64,000 nt of DNA from an uncultured Actinomycetes bacterium (lineage in GTDB: Bacteria > Actinomycetota > Thermoleophilia > Gaiellales > Gaiellaceae), in assembly GCA_963738205.1 (NCBI GenBank), contig CAVTVQ010000008.1:24784-88783 (forward strand), read 5' to 3'. Below, piece after piece: positions 18,987 to 27,100 of the stretch; the stretch's first letter is position 1, and every line of letters begins with the position of its first letter. The notes under the pieces are model-generated. The model ran no database searches and was not told where the DNA came from. It worked only from the letters and a program-made list of their open reading frames with translations. The position numbers were made by a program, and so were the translations under genes.

Positions 18987-20416
18987 TCAGCGCAGACCGA
19001 CCCGTAGTCCCAGCATCCGGGGGAGCGCGGCGGTCGCGCGTGCGATCCTCGCCGGACGGCGGCCCTCGGCGTCCGCCTGCTCCACGGCGAGCACGGCAGC
19101 CCGGACGGCGCCGCCACCGATGCGCTTGAGCGGCTCCGGTGGAAGCCGGCGCGTCCTCCGCTCCACCAGCGGCAGTCGCGTCCACTCGTCGTCACGCCCG
19201 GTCGCGAGCGACGCGAGCGCCTGCGCGACAAGCCAGCTCGGGCCGACGCCGTTGCCGCTGAAGCCCGCCGCGTAGTGGACGCGGCTGCCCTTGAGCGTCC
19301 CTGCGAACGGAAGGCGGTCGGCGGAGACGTCGATCGGCCCGCCCCAGGCATGGGTGACGCGGGCCTGCGCCAGGGCGGGGAGGAGGTCGCGCAAACCGGC
19401 CTCGGCCCGGGCAGCAGTGTCGGAGTCGTGCGTGAAGCGCTCGTCGAGGCGGCCGCCCAGGCCGATCGGGCCGGAGCCGCTGCCCATCAGGACGCGGCCG
19501 TCCTTCGTCGTGCGGAAGTAGTGGAGGAACATGCGCGCGTCGGTCATCGCCTCGCCGCCGGTCCAGCCGAGCTCCTCCAGGAGCTCCGGCACCGGCTCCG
19601 TGAGGACGATGTAGCTGCCGAAGTTGGTCAGCCTGCCGGCCGCCGGCCGCCAGCCAGTGGCCGCGGCGTTGACCGCTACGACCACCTCGCGCGCGCGGAC
19701 GGTGCCGTTTGGCGTCTCGACCACGTTGGGGTTGCCCGTCGTAGGCGGACGACGCGCGTTCGCTCGTAGAGGTCGATCGCCTCGTCGTCGAGAACCGCGC
19801 GGCGCAGCGCCCTGACGAGCCTCGCCGGGTGGAGCGTGGCGCCGTCGCGGAAGAAGACGCCCCGGCGGAAGCGCGGCGAGTTGCAGCGCTCGGCGAGCTC
19901 CTCGCGTGTCAGGGGAACGGCCTCCTCGGCGACGCCGAGCGCCTCGGCGGCGGCGACGAGGGCGTCGAGCTTCGCGTCTTGCGCGGACGTGGTGGAGACC
20001 TTGATCGCGCCGCCTCGTCGTAGCCACACGTCCTCGCCCCGCTGCTGGACGAAGGCCTCGACGGCGGGGATGATCCGGTCGCCCGCACGCGCCAGCGCGA
20101 GCAGGCGGTCGTCGTCGAGGACGTCGTTCAGCGCGCCGATGCTGCTCCAGTAGCCGTAGAGGTGACCACCGTTGCGACCGCTCGGCCCTTCGCCGCAGCC
20201 AGCGCGCTCGAGGACGACAACGCTGATGTCCGGATCGCGCTCGCGCAGTGCGAGGGCCGTCCAGAGACCCGTGTAGCCGCCGCCTACGATCGCCACGTCG
20301 GTCTCGATCTCGCCCGCCAGCGGCGGTGCCTCGGGCTCGTTCAGCAGGCCCGCCTCCTTCACCCACCATGGGGGTGCTGCGCCGGGCTGAACCGAAGGCG
20401 TTGGGAGGCGTGCCAT
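18987..20416 (-). pseudogene. FAD-dependent oxidoreductase (DAO family, gamma-glutamylputrescine-oxidase-like), frame broken once
   Basis: The N-terminal part MARLPTPSVQ...DVAIVGGGYTGLWTALAL...IDLYERTRVV is in the 19676..20437 frame. The C-terminal part TTGNPNVVETPNGTVRAREVVVAVNAA...GFSGNGVGPS is in the 18987..20459 frame. The switch is at about 19738-19750, where CCC appears to read as CC. Confidence 0.75.
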
Positions 20417-20420
20417 GGGC

Positions 20421-20461
20421 CGACACAAAGTTGTCACACACCCGACACAGACACGTCACAC
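20421..20461. repeat. tandem pair of CGACACA-N5-GTCACAC elements in a 67-nt divergent spacer
   Basis: The sequence is CGACACA AAGTT GTCACAC acc CGACACA GACAC GTCACAC. That gives four ACAC-containing heptads spaced 10-12 nt apart, locally GC-poor, between start codons at 20416 (-) and 20484 (+). Confidence 0.4.
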
Positions 20462-20483
20462 CGTTGCCGCTACGGTCGCTGCC

Positions 20484-20759
20484 ATGTCGACCAAGGCCGC
20501 AACACCGTGGGGCTCGGCCACCGTCGTGGAGGAGCTTCGCCTCCAGCAGCGCGCCGGCGACAAGCGCTTCTCCTCGATCGTCCAGCTGCTGGAAGACGCG
20601 CGTGGCGAGCGCCTCGTCCGCTTCGCCTACGCCACCGACGGCACCGCGCGCCGAGGCCCGGTCACGCTGCGGGCGCGCGACCTGGTCAAGCTACGGAGCG
20701 CGCTGGCCGAGACCCCCGAGCTGGCGTCGGCCCTCGGCCTCTCGACCACCGACGGCTAG
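20484..20759 (+). CDS. hypothetical protein (91 aa)
   Basis: MSTKAATPWGSATVVEELRLQQRAGDKRFSSIVQLLEDARGERLVRFAYATDG... has strong GC3 bias and no family I recognise. The alternative ATG at 20415 would make the repeat array coding. Confidence 0.5.
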   Translation: MSTKAATPWGSATVVEELRLQQRAGDKRFSSIVQLLEDARGERLVRFAYATDGTARRGPVTLRARDLVKLRSALAETPELASALGLSTTDG

Positions 20760-21442
20760 GCGGGAGCGAGGGCCTGCCGGTGCGCGGCGTCGATCAGCGA
20801 GCCGAGGATCAGCGTGCCGTCGGTGGAGCCGATCAGCTCCTCGACGGCGTGCTCGGGATGCGGCATCAGGCCCATCACGTTGCCGTCCTCGTTGACTACG
20901 CCCGCCACGTCGTCCAACGAGCCGTTCGGATTCTCGCCGGCCGAGTAGCGCAGCACGACGTGGCCGGCGTGGGCATCCCGCGCCGGATGCCAGCAGCCGT
21001 CCCCGTGCTTCACCGGGATCGTCAGGCGTTGCCCGGGCTCGCACCGCGACGTGAAAGGCGTGTCCACCCGCTCGACGACGAGGCCCACGTCTCTGCAGAC
21101 GAACGCCAGCGAGGCGTTGGGCCGCAGCGCACCCGGCAGGAGCCCCGCCTCGCACAGGATCTGGAAGCCGTTGCAGATCCCCAGCACGAGGCCACCCCTC
21201 TCCGCGAACGCCACGACGGACTGCATCGCCGGCGCGAAGCGCGCGATCGCTCCGCAGCGGAGGTAGTCGCCGTAGGAGAACCCGCCGGGCAGCACGACGC
21301 CGTCGCACGGCGGCAGCTCCGCGTCGCCGTGCCACACAAGCGTGGTCTCGGCTCCGAGGTCGGCCAGCGCCCCCGCCGCGTCGCGATCGTCGTTCGACCC
21401 CGGAAACACCAGCACGGCAATCCGCGGCCGCCGCCCGCTCAC
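20756..21442 (-). CDS. purQ: phosphoribosylformylglycinamidine synthase, glutaminase subunit PurQ
   Basis: 228 aa. RIAVLVFPGSNDDRD..., the catalytic Cys context LGICNGFQIL and MPHPEH are typical of PurQ. Confidence 0.9.
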   Translation of the reverse strand: MSGRRPRIAVLVFPGSNDDRDAAGALADLGAETTLVWHGDAELPPCDGVVLPGGFSYGDYLRCGAIARFAPAMQSVVAFAERGGLVLGICNGFQILCEAGLLPGALRPNASLAFVCRDVGLVVERVDTPFTSRCEPGQRLTIPVKHGDGCWHPARDAHAGHVVLRYSAGENPNGSLDDVAGVVNEDGNVMGLMPHPEHAVEELIGSTDGTLILGSLIDAAHRQALAPA

Positions 21443-21476
21443 TGAGCTGTCTCCGTCATAGCCTGAAGAAGGCGCA

Positions 21477-21716
21477 CTAGCCTGCCAGCTCGATCTCGAA
21501 GCTCTCGATCAGCGGATTCGCGAGCAGCTCCGCGCACATGCGCTCCACCTGGCTGCGTGCTTCGTCGGGACTCTGCGCCTCGAGCTCGAGGTCGACGACC
21601 CGGCCGACCCGAGCCTGCGCGACGCCGAAGCCGAGGTGGCGGAGGGAGCTCCCCACTGCGTCGCCTTGCGGGTCGAGGATCCCCGGCTTCGGCCGAACGA
21701 GCACGGTGGCCCTCAT
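21477..21716 (-). CDS. purS: phosphoribosylformylglycinamidine synthase subunit PurS
   Basis: 79 aa: MRATVLVRPKPGILDPQGDAVGSSLRHLGF...NPLIESFEIELAG. The ATG overlaps the purC stop (ATGA). Confidence 0.9.
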   Translation of the reverse strand: MRATVLVRPKPGILDPQGDAVGSSLRHLGFGVAQARVGRVVDLELEAQSPDEARSQVERMCAELLANPLIESFEIELAG

Positions 21717-22576
21717 CGCTGCACCACCGTCGGGTCGGCGAGGTAGTCCGGGAACGGCACGCCGGTCAGGCGCTCGAAGGCCTCGACGTACCGCGCTCGC
21801 GTGCCCGCCACGACGTCCTCGGGCAGTTCGGGTCCCGGCGCGGTTTTGTCCCAGCCGAGCGACTCGCAGTAGTCGCGCACGAACTGCTTGTCGTAGGACG
21901 GCTGCGGGCCGCCGGGCGCGTACTCGTCCGCGGGCCAAAAGCGGGACGAGTCGGGTGTGAAGGCCTCGTCGGCGAGCACGAGCGCACCGTCCCGGTCGAT
22001 CCCGAACTCGAACTTCGTGTCGGCGATGACGATGCCGCGGGCCCGCGCGTAGTCCGCCGCGAAGCGGTACAGGTCGAGTGCGGTTCGCTGCACCTCGTCC
22101 AGGCGGTCGACTCCGACGAGCACGGCGGCCGCCTCGAGGTCGATGTTCTCGTCGTGGCCTTCCTCGGCCTTCGTCGCCGGCGTGAAGATCGGCTCGGGAA
22201 GCCGGTCGGACTCCCGCAGCCCCTCGGGCAGCCGATGGCCGCAGACGACGCCGCTGTTGCGGTAGTCCTTCCAGCCCGACCCGGCCAGGTAGCCGCGCAC
22301 GACGCACTCGATCGGCAGCATCTCGAGCCGGCGGCACTCCGTCGAGCGTCCGTCGTCCCGCACAGCGAGCAGGTGGTTCGCGCAGATGTCGCGCGTCCGC
22401 CCGAACCAGAAGGCGGAGAGACCCGTCAGCACCCGTCCCTTGTCCGGGATCTCGGTGGGGAGGACGACATCGAACGTGGAGATACGGTCGCTCGCGACGA
22501 GCAGCAAGCGGTGGTCGTCGAGCGCGTAGAGCTCGCGGACCTTCCCGCTGCCGACGTGGAGGGCGGCTTCAGGCAT
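21713..22576 (-). CDS. purC: phosphoribosylaminoimidazole-succinocarboxamide synthase
   Basis: 287 aa: SGKVRELYALDDHRLLLVASDRISTFDVVL, IVIADTKFEFG, PDSSRFWP. The ATG overlaps the purB stop by 8 nt. Confidence 0.9.
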   Translation of the reverse strand: MPEAALHVGSGKVRELYALDDHRLLLVASDRISTFDVVLPTEIPDKGRVLTGLSAFWFGRTRDICANHLLAVRDDGRSTECRRLEMLPIECVVRGYLAGSGWKDYRNSGVVCGHRLPEGLRESDRLPEPIFTPATKAEEGHDENIDLEAAAVLVGVDRLDEVQRTALDLYRFAADYARARGIVIADTKFEFGIDRDGALVLADEAFTPDSSRFWPADEYAPGGPQPSYDKQFVRDYCESLGWDKTAPGPELPEDVVAGTRARYVEAFERLTGVPFPDYLADPTVVQR

Positions 22577-23894
22577 GGACGGGTTCCTCCTTCTGGACGA
22601 GGGTGCGGAGCCGGTCGAACACGGCGTCCACGTGGCGGGTATAGGCGGCGAGGTCGAACGCCTCGTCGAGCGCGTCGGCGTCGAGAACGGCCGTGATCTC
22701 GGAGTCGGCCGAGACGAGCGAGCGGAAGTCCTGCTCCTCGTCCCAGGCGCGCATGGCGTTCCGCTGAACGAGGCGGTAGGCCTCATCGCGGCCGAGGCCG
22801 GCGCCGACGAGCGCGAGCAGCACACGCTGGCTGAAGAAGAGGCCGTGGCTGGCGTCGAGATTCCGCCGCATCTGCTCGGGGCGAACGACCAGCCCTTCGA
22901 TGAGCCAGGCGAAGCGGTCGAGCATGTAGTCGACCGCCAGGAACGCGTCCGGAACGACCACCCGCTCGGCAGACGAGTGCGAGATGTCGCGCTCGTGCCA
23001 GAGCGCCACGTTCTCGAGCCCGACGACGGACGCGGAGCGCACCACGCGCGCGAGCCCGCAGATCCGCTCGGCGACGACGGGGTTGCGCTTGTGGGGCATC
23101 GCCGACGACCCCTTCTGGCCCTGGCCGAACGGCTCCTCCACCTCTCGCACCTCGGTCCGCGCGAGGTGGCGGATCTCTGTTGCGAACTTCTCCAACGAGG
23201 CGGCGGCCAAGGCGAGCGCCGACAGCACGGCTGCGTGGCGGTCGCGCTGCAGCACCTGCGTCGAGGCCGGCGCCGGCTCGAGACCAAGGCGCTCGCATGC
23301 CAGCCGCTCGAGCTCCGGGTCGGTCGCCGCATAGTTGCCCACGGCACCCGAGAGCTTGCCGACGCGCATTCCCTCGAGCGCCTCGGCGAGGCGCATGCGC
23401 GCGCGGTCGAGCTCGAACGCCCAGACGGCCAGCTTCAGGCCGAACGTCGTCGGCTCGGCGTGGACGCCGTGCGTGCGGCCGATCGTCAGGGTCCCGCGAT
23501 GCTCCTCCGCGCGGGCGACGACGGCGCCGAAGGCGCGGTCGAGCCCCTCCAGCACCAGGGCTCCCGCGTCACGGATCTGGAGCGCGAGCGCGGTGTCGAC
23601 GACGTCGCTCGAGGTCAGTCCGTAGTGGAACCAGCGCCCGTCGTCGCCGAGCTGCTCGGCCACTGCGTCGACGAAGGCCGCGAGGTCGTGGTGCGTGCGA
23701 GCCTCGATCTCGGCGACCCGTTCCGGCGACGGTGGCTCCGCGCGTTCGCGGATCCGGGCTGCGGCGTCCGCCGGCACCATCCCGAGCTCAGCCCAGGCGT
23801 CGAGCGCGGCGAGCTCGACGTCGAGCCAGCGACCGAGCTTGCTCTGATCCGACCAGATGCCGGCCATCGCCGGGCGCGAGTAGCGGGCGATCAC
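22569..23894 (-). CDS. purB: adenylosuccinate lyase
   Basis: 441 aa: MIARYSRPAMAGIWSDQSKL..., with the fumarate-lyase signature GSSAMPHKRNP. Confidence 0.9.
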   Translation of the reverse strand: MIARYSRPAMAGIWSDQSKLGRWLDVELAALDAWAELGMVPADAAARIRERAEPPSPERVAEIEARTHHDLAAFVDAVAEQLGDDGRWFHYGLTSSDVVDTALALQIRDAGALVLEGLDRAFGAVVARAEEHRGTLTIGRTHGVHAEPTTFGLKLAVWAFELDRARMRLAEALEGMRVGKLSGAVGNYAATDPELERLACERLGLEPAPASTQVLQRDRHAAVLSALALAAASLEKFATEIRHLARTEVREVEEPFGQGQKGSSAMPHKRNPVVAERICGLARVVRSASVVGLENVALWHERDISHSSAERVVVPDAFLAVDYMLDRFAWLIEGLVVRPEQMRRNLDASHGLFFSQRVLLALVGAGLGRDEAYRLVQRNAMRAWDEEQDFRSLVSADSEITAVLDADALDEAFDLAAYTRHVDAVFDRLRTLVQKEEPVHA

Positions 23895-23915
23895 CGGTCC
23901 GATTCTAGAGAGGGC

Positions 23916-24419
23916 TCAGGAAGGCCCCGTCGGCGGACCGCCGCCCTGGGCGAGGATCCGCGCGGCGAGGATCGCCGCGTTGCGCGCCCCGTCCACGGAG
24001 ACGCAGGCCACGGGCACGCCTGGCGGCATCTGGACGATCGCGAGCAGCGCGTCGAGACCGTCGAGCACGCTCTTGCTCGAGCGCAGCGGCACGCCGATCA
24101 CCGGTAGCTCGGTGTAGGCCGCCACCGTGCCCGGGAGCGCGGCCGCCATGCCGGCGCCGGCGATCAGGACGCGCACGCCGCGGAGCACGGCGGTCGAGGC
24201 GTACTCCGCGACGGCACGCGGGTCGCGGTGCGCAGACATGACGTTGAACTCGTGCGAGATCCCGCGCGAGTCGAGCTCCTCCAGCGCCGGCTCCATCGCC
24301 TCACGGTCGGACTCCGACCCGACGAGGATCCCGACGAGAGGACCGGGCTCGTCGAACGCGTCCAAGAGCGCGAGCGGCTCGACGAGCGGGTCCCGCGCCG
24401 TGCGTGGGTCATCCTGCAA
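23916..24419 (-). CDS. purE: 5-(carboxyamino)imidazole ribonucleotide mutase
   Basis: LVGILVGSESDREAMEPALEELDSRGISHEFNVMSAHRDP...AGMAAALPG are PurE motifs. A TTG start at 24419 lies 6 nt after GGAGG and overlaps the purD end. The start is uncertain; an internal TTG is possible. Confidence 0.8.
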   Translation of the reverse strand: MQDDPRTARDPLVEPLALLDAFDEPGPLVGILVGSESDREAMEPALEELDSRGISHEFNVMSAHRDPRAVAEYASTAVLRGVRVLIAGAGMAAALPGTVAAYTELPVIGVPLRSSKSVLDGLDALLAIVQMPPGVPVACVSVDGARNAAILAARILAQGGGPPTGPS

Positions 24420-25626
24420 CGCCGGCCTCCCGTTCTGCGATGTCGTGCCGGTAGCGCATGCCCGGGAAGGAGATCCGTTCGCAGGCGGCGTACGCGGCGG
24501 CGCGTGCGCTCGCATGGTCGTCGCCCCGGGCCGTGACGTTCAACACGCGCCCACCGTTGGTCACGAGCCGTCCGCTCCGCACGGCGGTCCCGGCATGGAA
24601 GACGAGCGCACCGGACTTCTCCGCGTCCGCGATGCCCTCGATCGGCCGCCCGGAGTCCCCGCGCTCGGGATAGTCGCCCGCGGCGAGCACGACCGTCACG
24701 GCGGCCTCGTCGCTGGCGCTCAGATCGGCGTCGCCGAGGTCGCCCGCGGCTGCAGCGGCGAGCGCGCCGACCAGGTCGCCCTCCAGCCGCGGCACGATCG
24801 ACTGTGTCTCCGGGTCGCCGAAACGGCAGTTGAACTCCAGCACCTGCACGCCGCGGTCCGTGAGCATCAGGCCGGCGTACAGCAGTCCGATGAAAGGCGT
24901 CCCGCGCCGCGCGAGCTCCTCGAGCACGGGGTCGTGGACGGTCGCGACGATCTCGGACAGTCGGTCCGGCCCGACCTCGGACACGGGCGAGTACGACCCC
25001 ATACCGCCTGTGTTGGGACCGACGTCGCCGTCGCCCAGTCGCTTGAAGTCACGGGCGGGCGCCAGCGGCAGCGCGCGCGACCCGTCGCAGAGCGCGAAGA
25101 CCGACACCTCCTCGCCTTCGAGCAGCTCCTCGATCACGACCTGCCCGCCGGCCCGGGAGGCAGCCTTCAACCCGGCGTCGAGCTCGTCCGCGGTCCGACA
25201 GACGAAGACGCCCTTGCCTGCCGCGAGGCCGTCGAGCTTGACGACGCACGGCGGCCGCGCCACGGACAGCGACTCCGCCGTCGGCACGCCGGCGGTGCGC
25301 ATGACCTCCTTGGCGAAGGTCTTGGAGCCCTCGATCCGCGCAGCGCCCGCGCTGGGCCCGAAGACGGCGATGCCGGCATGCCGAAGCTCGTCGGCGACGC
25401 CCATGACGAGCGGCGCCTCCGGCCCGATGACGGCCAGGCCGGCGCCGAGCTCGCGGGCCAGGTCGAGGAGCCCTTCGCCGTCGTGCGCGCGCACCGGGTG
25501 GCACTCGCCGAGCTGCGCGATCCCCGGGTTCCCAGGCGCCGCGTGCACCTCGATCCCGTCGGTCTGCGCCAGCCGCCACGCGAGGGCGTGCTCACGGCCG
25601 CCCGATCCGACGAGGAGAACCCTCAC
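24409..25626 (-). CDS. purD: phosphoribosylamine-glycine ligase
   Basis: 405 aa from the GTG at 25626, which overlaps the purA stop (GTGA). Motifs: VRVLLVGSGGREHALAWRLA, GPNTGGMGSYSP, LEFNCRFGDPE. Confidence 0.9.
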   Translation of the reverse strand: MRVLLVGSGGREHALAWRLAQTDGIEVHAAPGNPGIAQLGECHPVRAHDGEGLLDLARELGAGLAVIGPEAPLVMGVADELRHAGIAVFGPSAGAARIEGSKTFAKEVMRTAGVPTAESLSVARPPCVVKLDGLAAGKGVFVCRTADELDAGLKAASRAGGQVVIEELLEGEEVSVFALCDGSRALPLAPARDFKRLGDGDVGPNTGGMGSYSPVSEVGPDRLSEIVATVHDPVLEELARRGTPFIGLLYAGLMLTDRGVQVLEFNCRFGDPETQSIVPRLEGDLVGALAAAAAGDLGDADLSASDEAAVTVVLAAGDYPERGDSGRPIEGIADAEKSGALVFHAGTAVRSGRLVTNGGRVLNVTARGDDHASARAAAYAACERISFPGMRYRHDIAEREAGVAG

Positions 25627-26921
25627 GCCGCCGGGGCCGCCGCGGCGCCGGTCCGCGCCAGCACGCGCTCCCGCTCGGCGCCCGTCCCCACGAGCGTCAC
25701 GTCGACCTCGAGCTCGCGCTCCACGAACTCGACGTAGCCTCGCGCGGCCGCGGGCAGGCCGACGAAGTCGTCGACCGAGTCGATCGGCTCGTCCCAGCCC
25801 GTCAGCGTCTCGTACACGGGTCGGCAATGGTGGAAGTCGCTCTGGTGCGCCGGGAACTCGGTCGTCTCGCGCCCGTCGTCGAGCCGGTAGCGGACGCACA
25901 CTGGCAGCTCCGCGAACGACGACAGCACGTCCAGCTTCGTCAGCGCGAGCGAGGTGATCCCGTTGACGCGCACCGCGTAGCGCAGCGCCACGAGGTCGAG
26001 CCACCCACAGCGCCGCTCACGCCCTGTAGTCGTGCCGAACTCGTGCCCGAGGTCGCGCACGCGTTCCTGATCGGCCCCCTGGATCTCCGTCGGGAACGGT
26101 CCTTCGCCCACACGCGTGACGTACGCCTTGGCCACCCCGAGCACAGCGTCGATGCGGTTCGGCCCGATGCCGATGCCGGTCGCGGCGGCTCCGGCCAGGG
26201 GGTTCGACGACGTGACGAATGGATACGTGCCGTGGTCGAGGTCGAGGAGCGTTCCCTGCGCGCCCTCGAACAGCACCGACTCGTCGTCGCGCAACGCGCG
26301 GTCGACCAGCAGGGACGTGTCGGCGACGTAGGGGCGCAGCCGTTGCGCATAGCGCTCGTAGCCCTCGGCGACCTCTTCCAGGACGAGCGGCTCGGCCCCG
26401 TAGACGCGTTCGAGCCAGACGTTCTTCTCGGCCAGCGCGACCTCGATCTTCTGCCGCAGGATCTTCGGGTCGAGCAGGTCCTGCACGCGGATCCCGAGTC
26501 GGGCCGCCTTGTCTGCATAGCAGGGTCCGATGCCGCGCCTCGTCGTCCCGATCTTCAGCTTGCCGAGCTGCCGCTCGCTCGCCTGGTCGAGGGCGACGTG
26601 CCACGGCATGATCAGGTGTGCGTTGCCCGACACCTTCACGGGCGCAGTCGAAACGCCGCGCTCCTCGAGCCCGTCGAGCTCGCGCACGAACGTCTCCGGG
26701 TCGATGACGACGCCGGCGCCGAGCACGCAGATCTTGCCGGACAGGATCCCGGAAGGCATGTGGTGGAACTTCCACTTCTCGCCGCCCGCGATCACCGTGT
26801 GCCCCGCGTTCGGGCCGCCCTGGTAGCGCGCGACGATGTCCGACTCGGTGGCAAGGAGGTCGACGACCTTTCCCTTCCCCTCGTCGCCCCACTGGGCGCC
26901 GACGATCACCGTGGCAGGCAC
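25623..26921 (-). CDS. purA: adenylosuccinate synthetase
   Basis: 432 aa: VIVGAQWGDEGKGKVVD, GPNAGHT, IGTTRRGIGPCY, GTTTGRERRCGWLD. Confidence 0.95.
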   Translation of the reverse strand: MPATVIVGAQWGDEGKGKVVDLLATESDIVARYQGGPNAGHTVIAGGEKWKFHHMPSGILSGKICVLGAGVVIDPETFVRELDGLEERGVSTAPVKVSGNAHLIMPWHVALDQASERQLGKLKIGTTRRGIGPCYADKAARLGIRVQDLLDPKILRQKIEVALAEKNVWLERVYGAEPLVLEEVAEGYERYAQRLRPYVADTSLLVDRALRDDESVLFEGAQGTLLDLDHGTYPFVTSSNPLAGAAATGIGIGPNRIDAVLGVAKAYVTRVGEGPFPTEIQGADQERVRDLGHEFGTTTGRERRCGWLDLVALRYAVRVNGITSLALTKLDVLSSFAELPVCVRYRLDDGRETTEFPAHQSDFHHCRPVYETLTGWDEPIDSVDDFVGLPAAARGYVEFVERELEVDVTLVGTGAERERVLARTGAAAAPAA

Positions 26922-27078
26922 GGGGGCTGAGTGTGCCAGACCGGTCGGTTCGCTACGGGAGCTTCGGAAGCTCCGGGAGCGCCGGCGCGTTCGGGAGCGG
27001 CGCTGGCGGCAGCTTGGGCAGAGCCCGGAGCTTTGGCCTGGGGCGAAAGGCCCCGAACTTGCGCATCCCGACGAAAGT

Positions 27079-27092
27079 CCCTCGATCGAGGG
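27079..27092 (-). terminator. possible hairpin terminator after dnaB
   Basis: CCCTCGATCGAGGG is palindromic, lies 9 nt after the dnaB stop and is followed on the minus strand by ACTTTCGT. The T-tract is weak. Confidence 0.3.
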
Positions 27093-27100
27093 CGCCGTTC

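Noticed and set aside
20415-20483. The ATG at 20415 as the start of the hypothetical gene (114-aa version)
   Set aside because: It would overlap the divergent ATG at 20416 back to back. It would also make the duplicated CGACACA-N5-GTCACAC array coding (MGRHKVVTHPTQTRHTV...). The ATG at 20484 gives a compact protein with typical codon bias. The choice remains uncertain.
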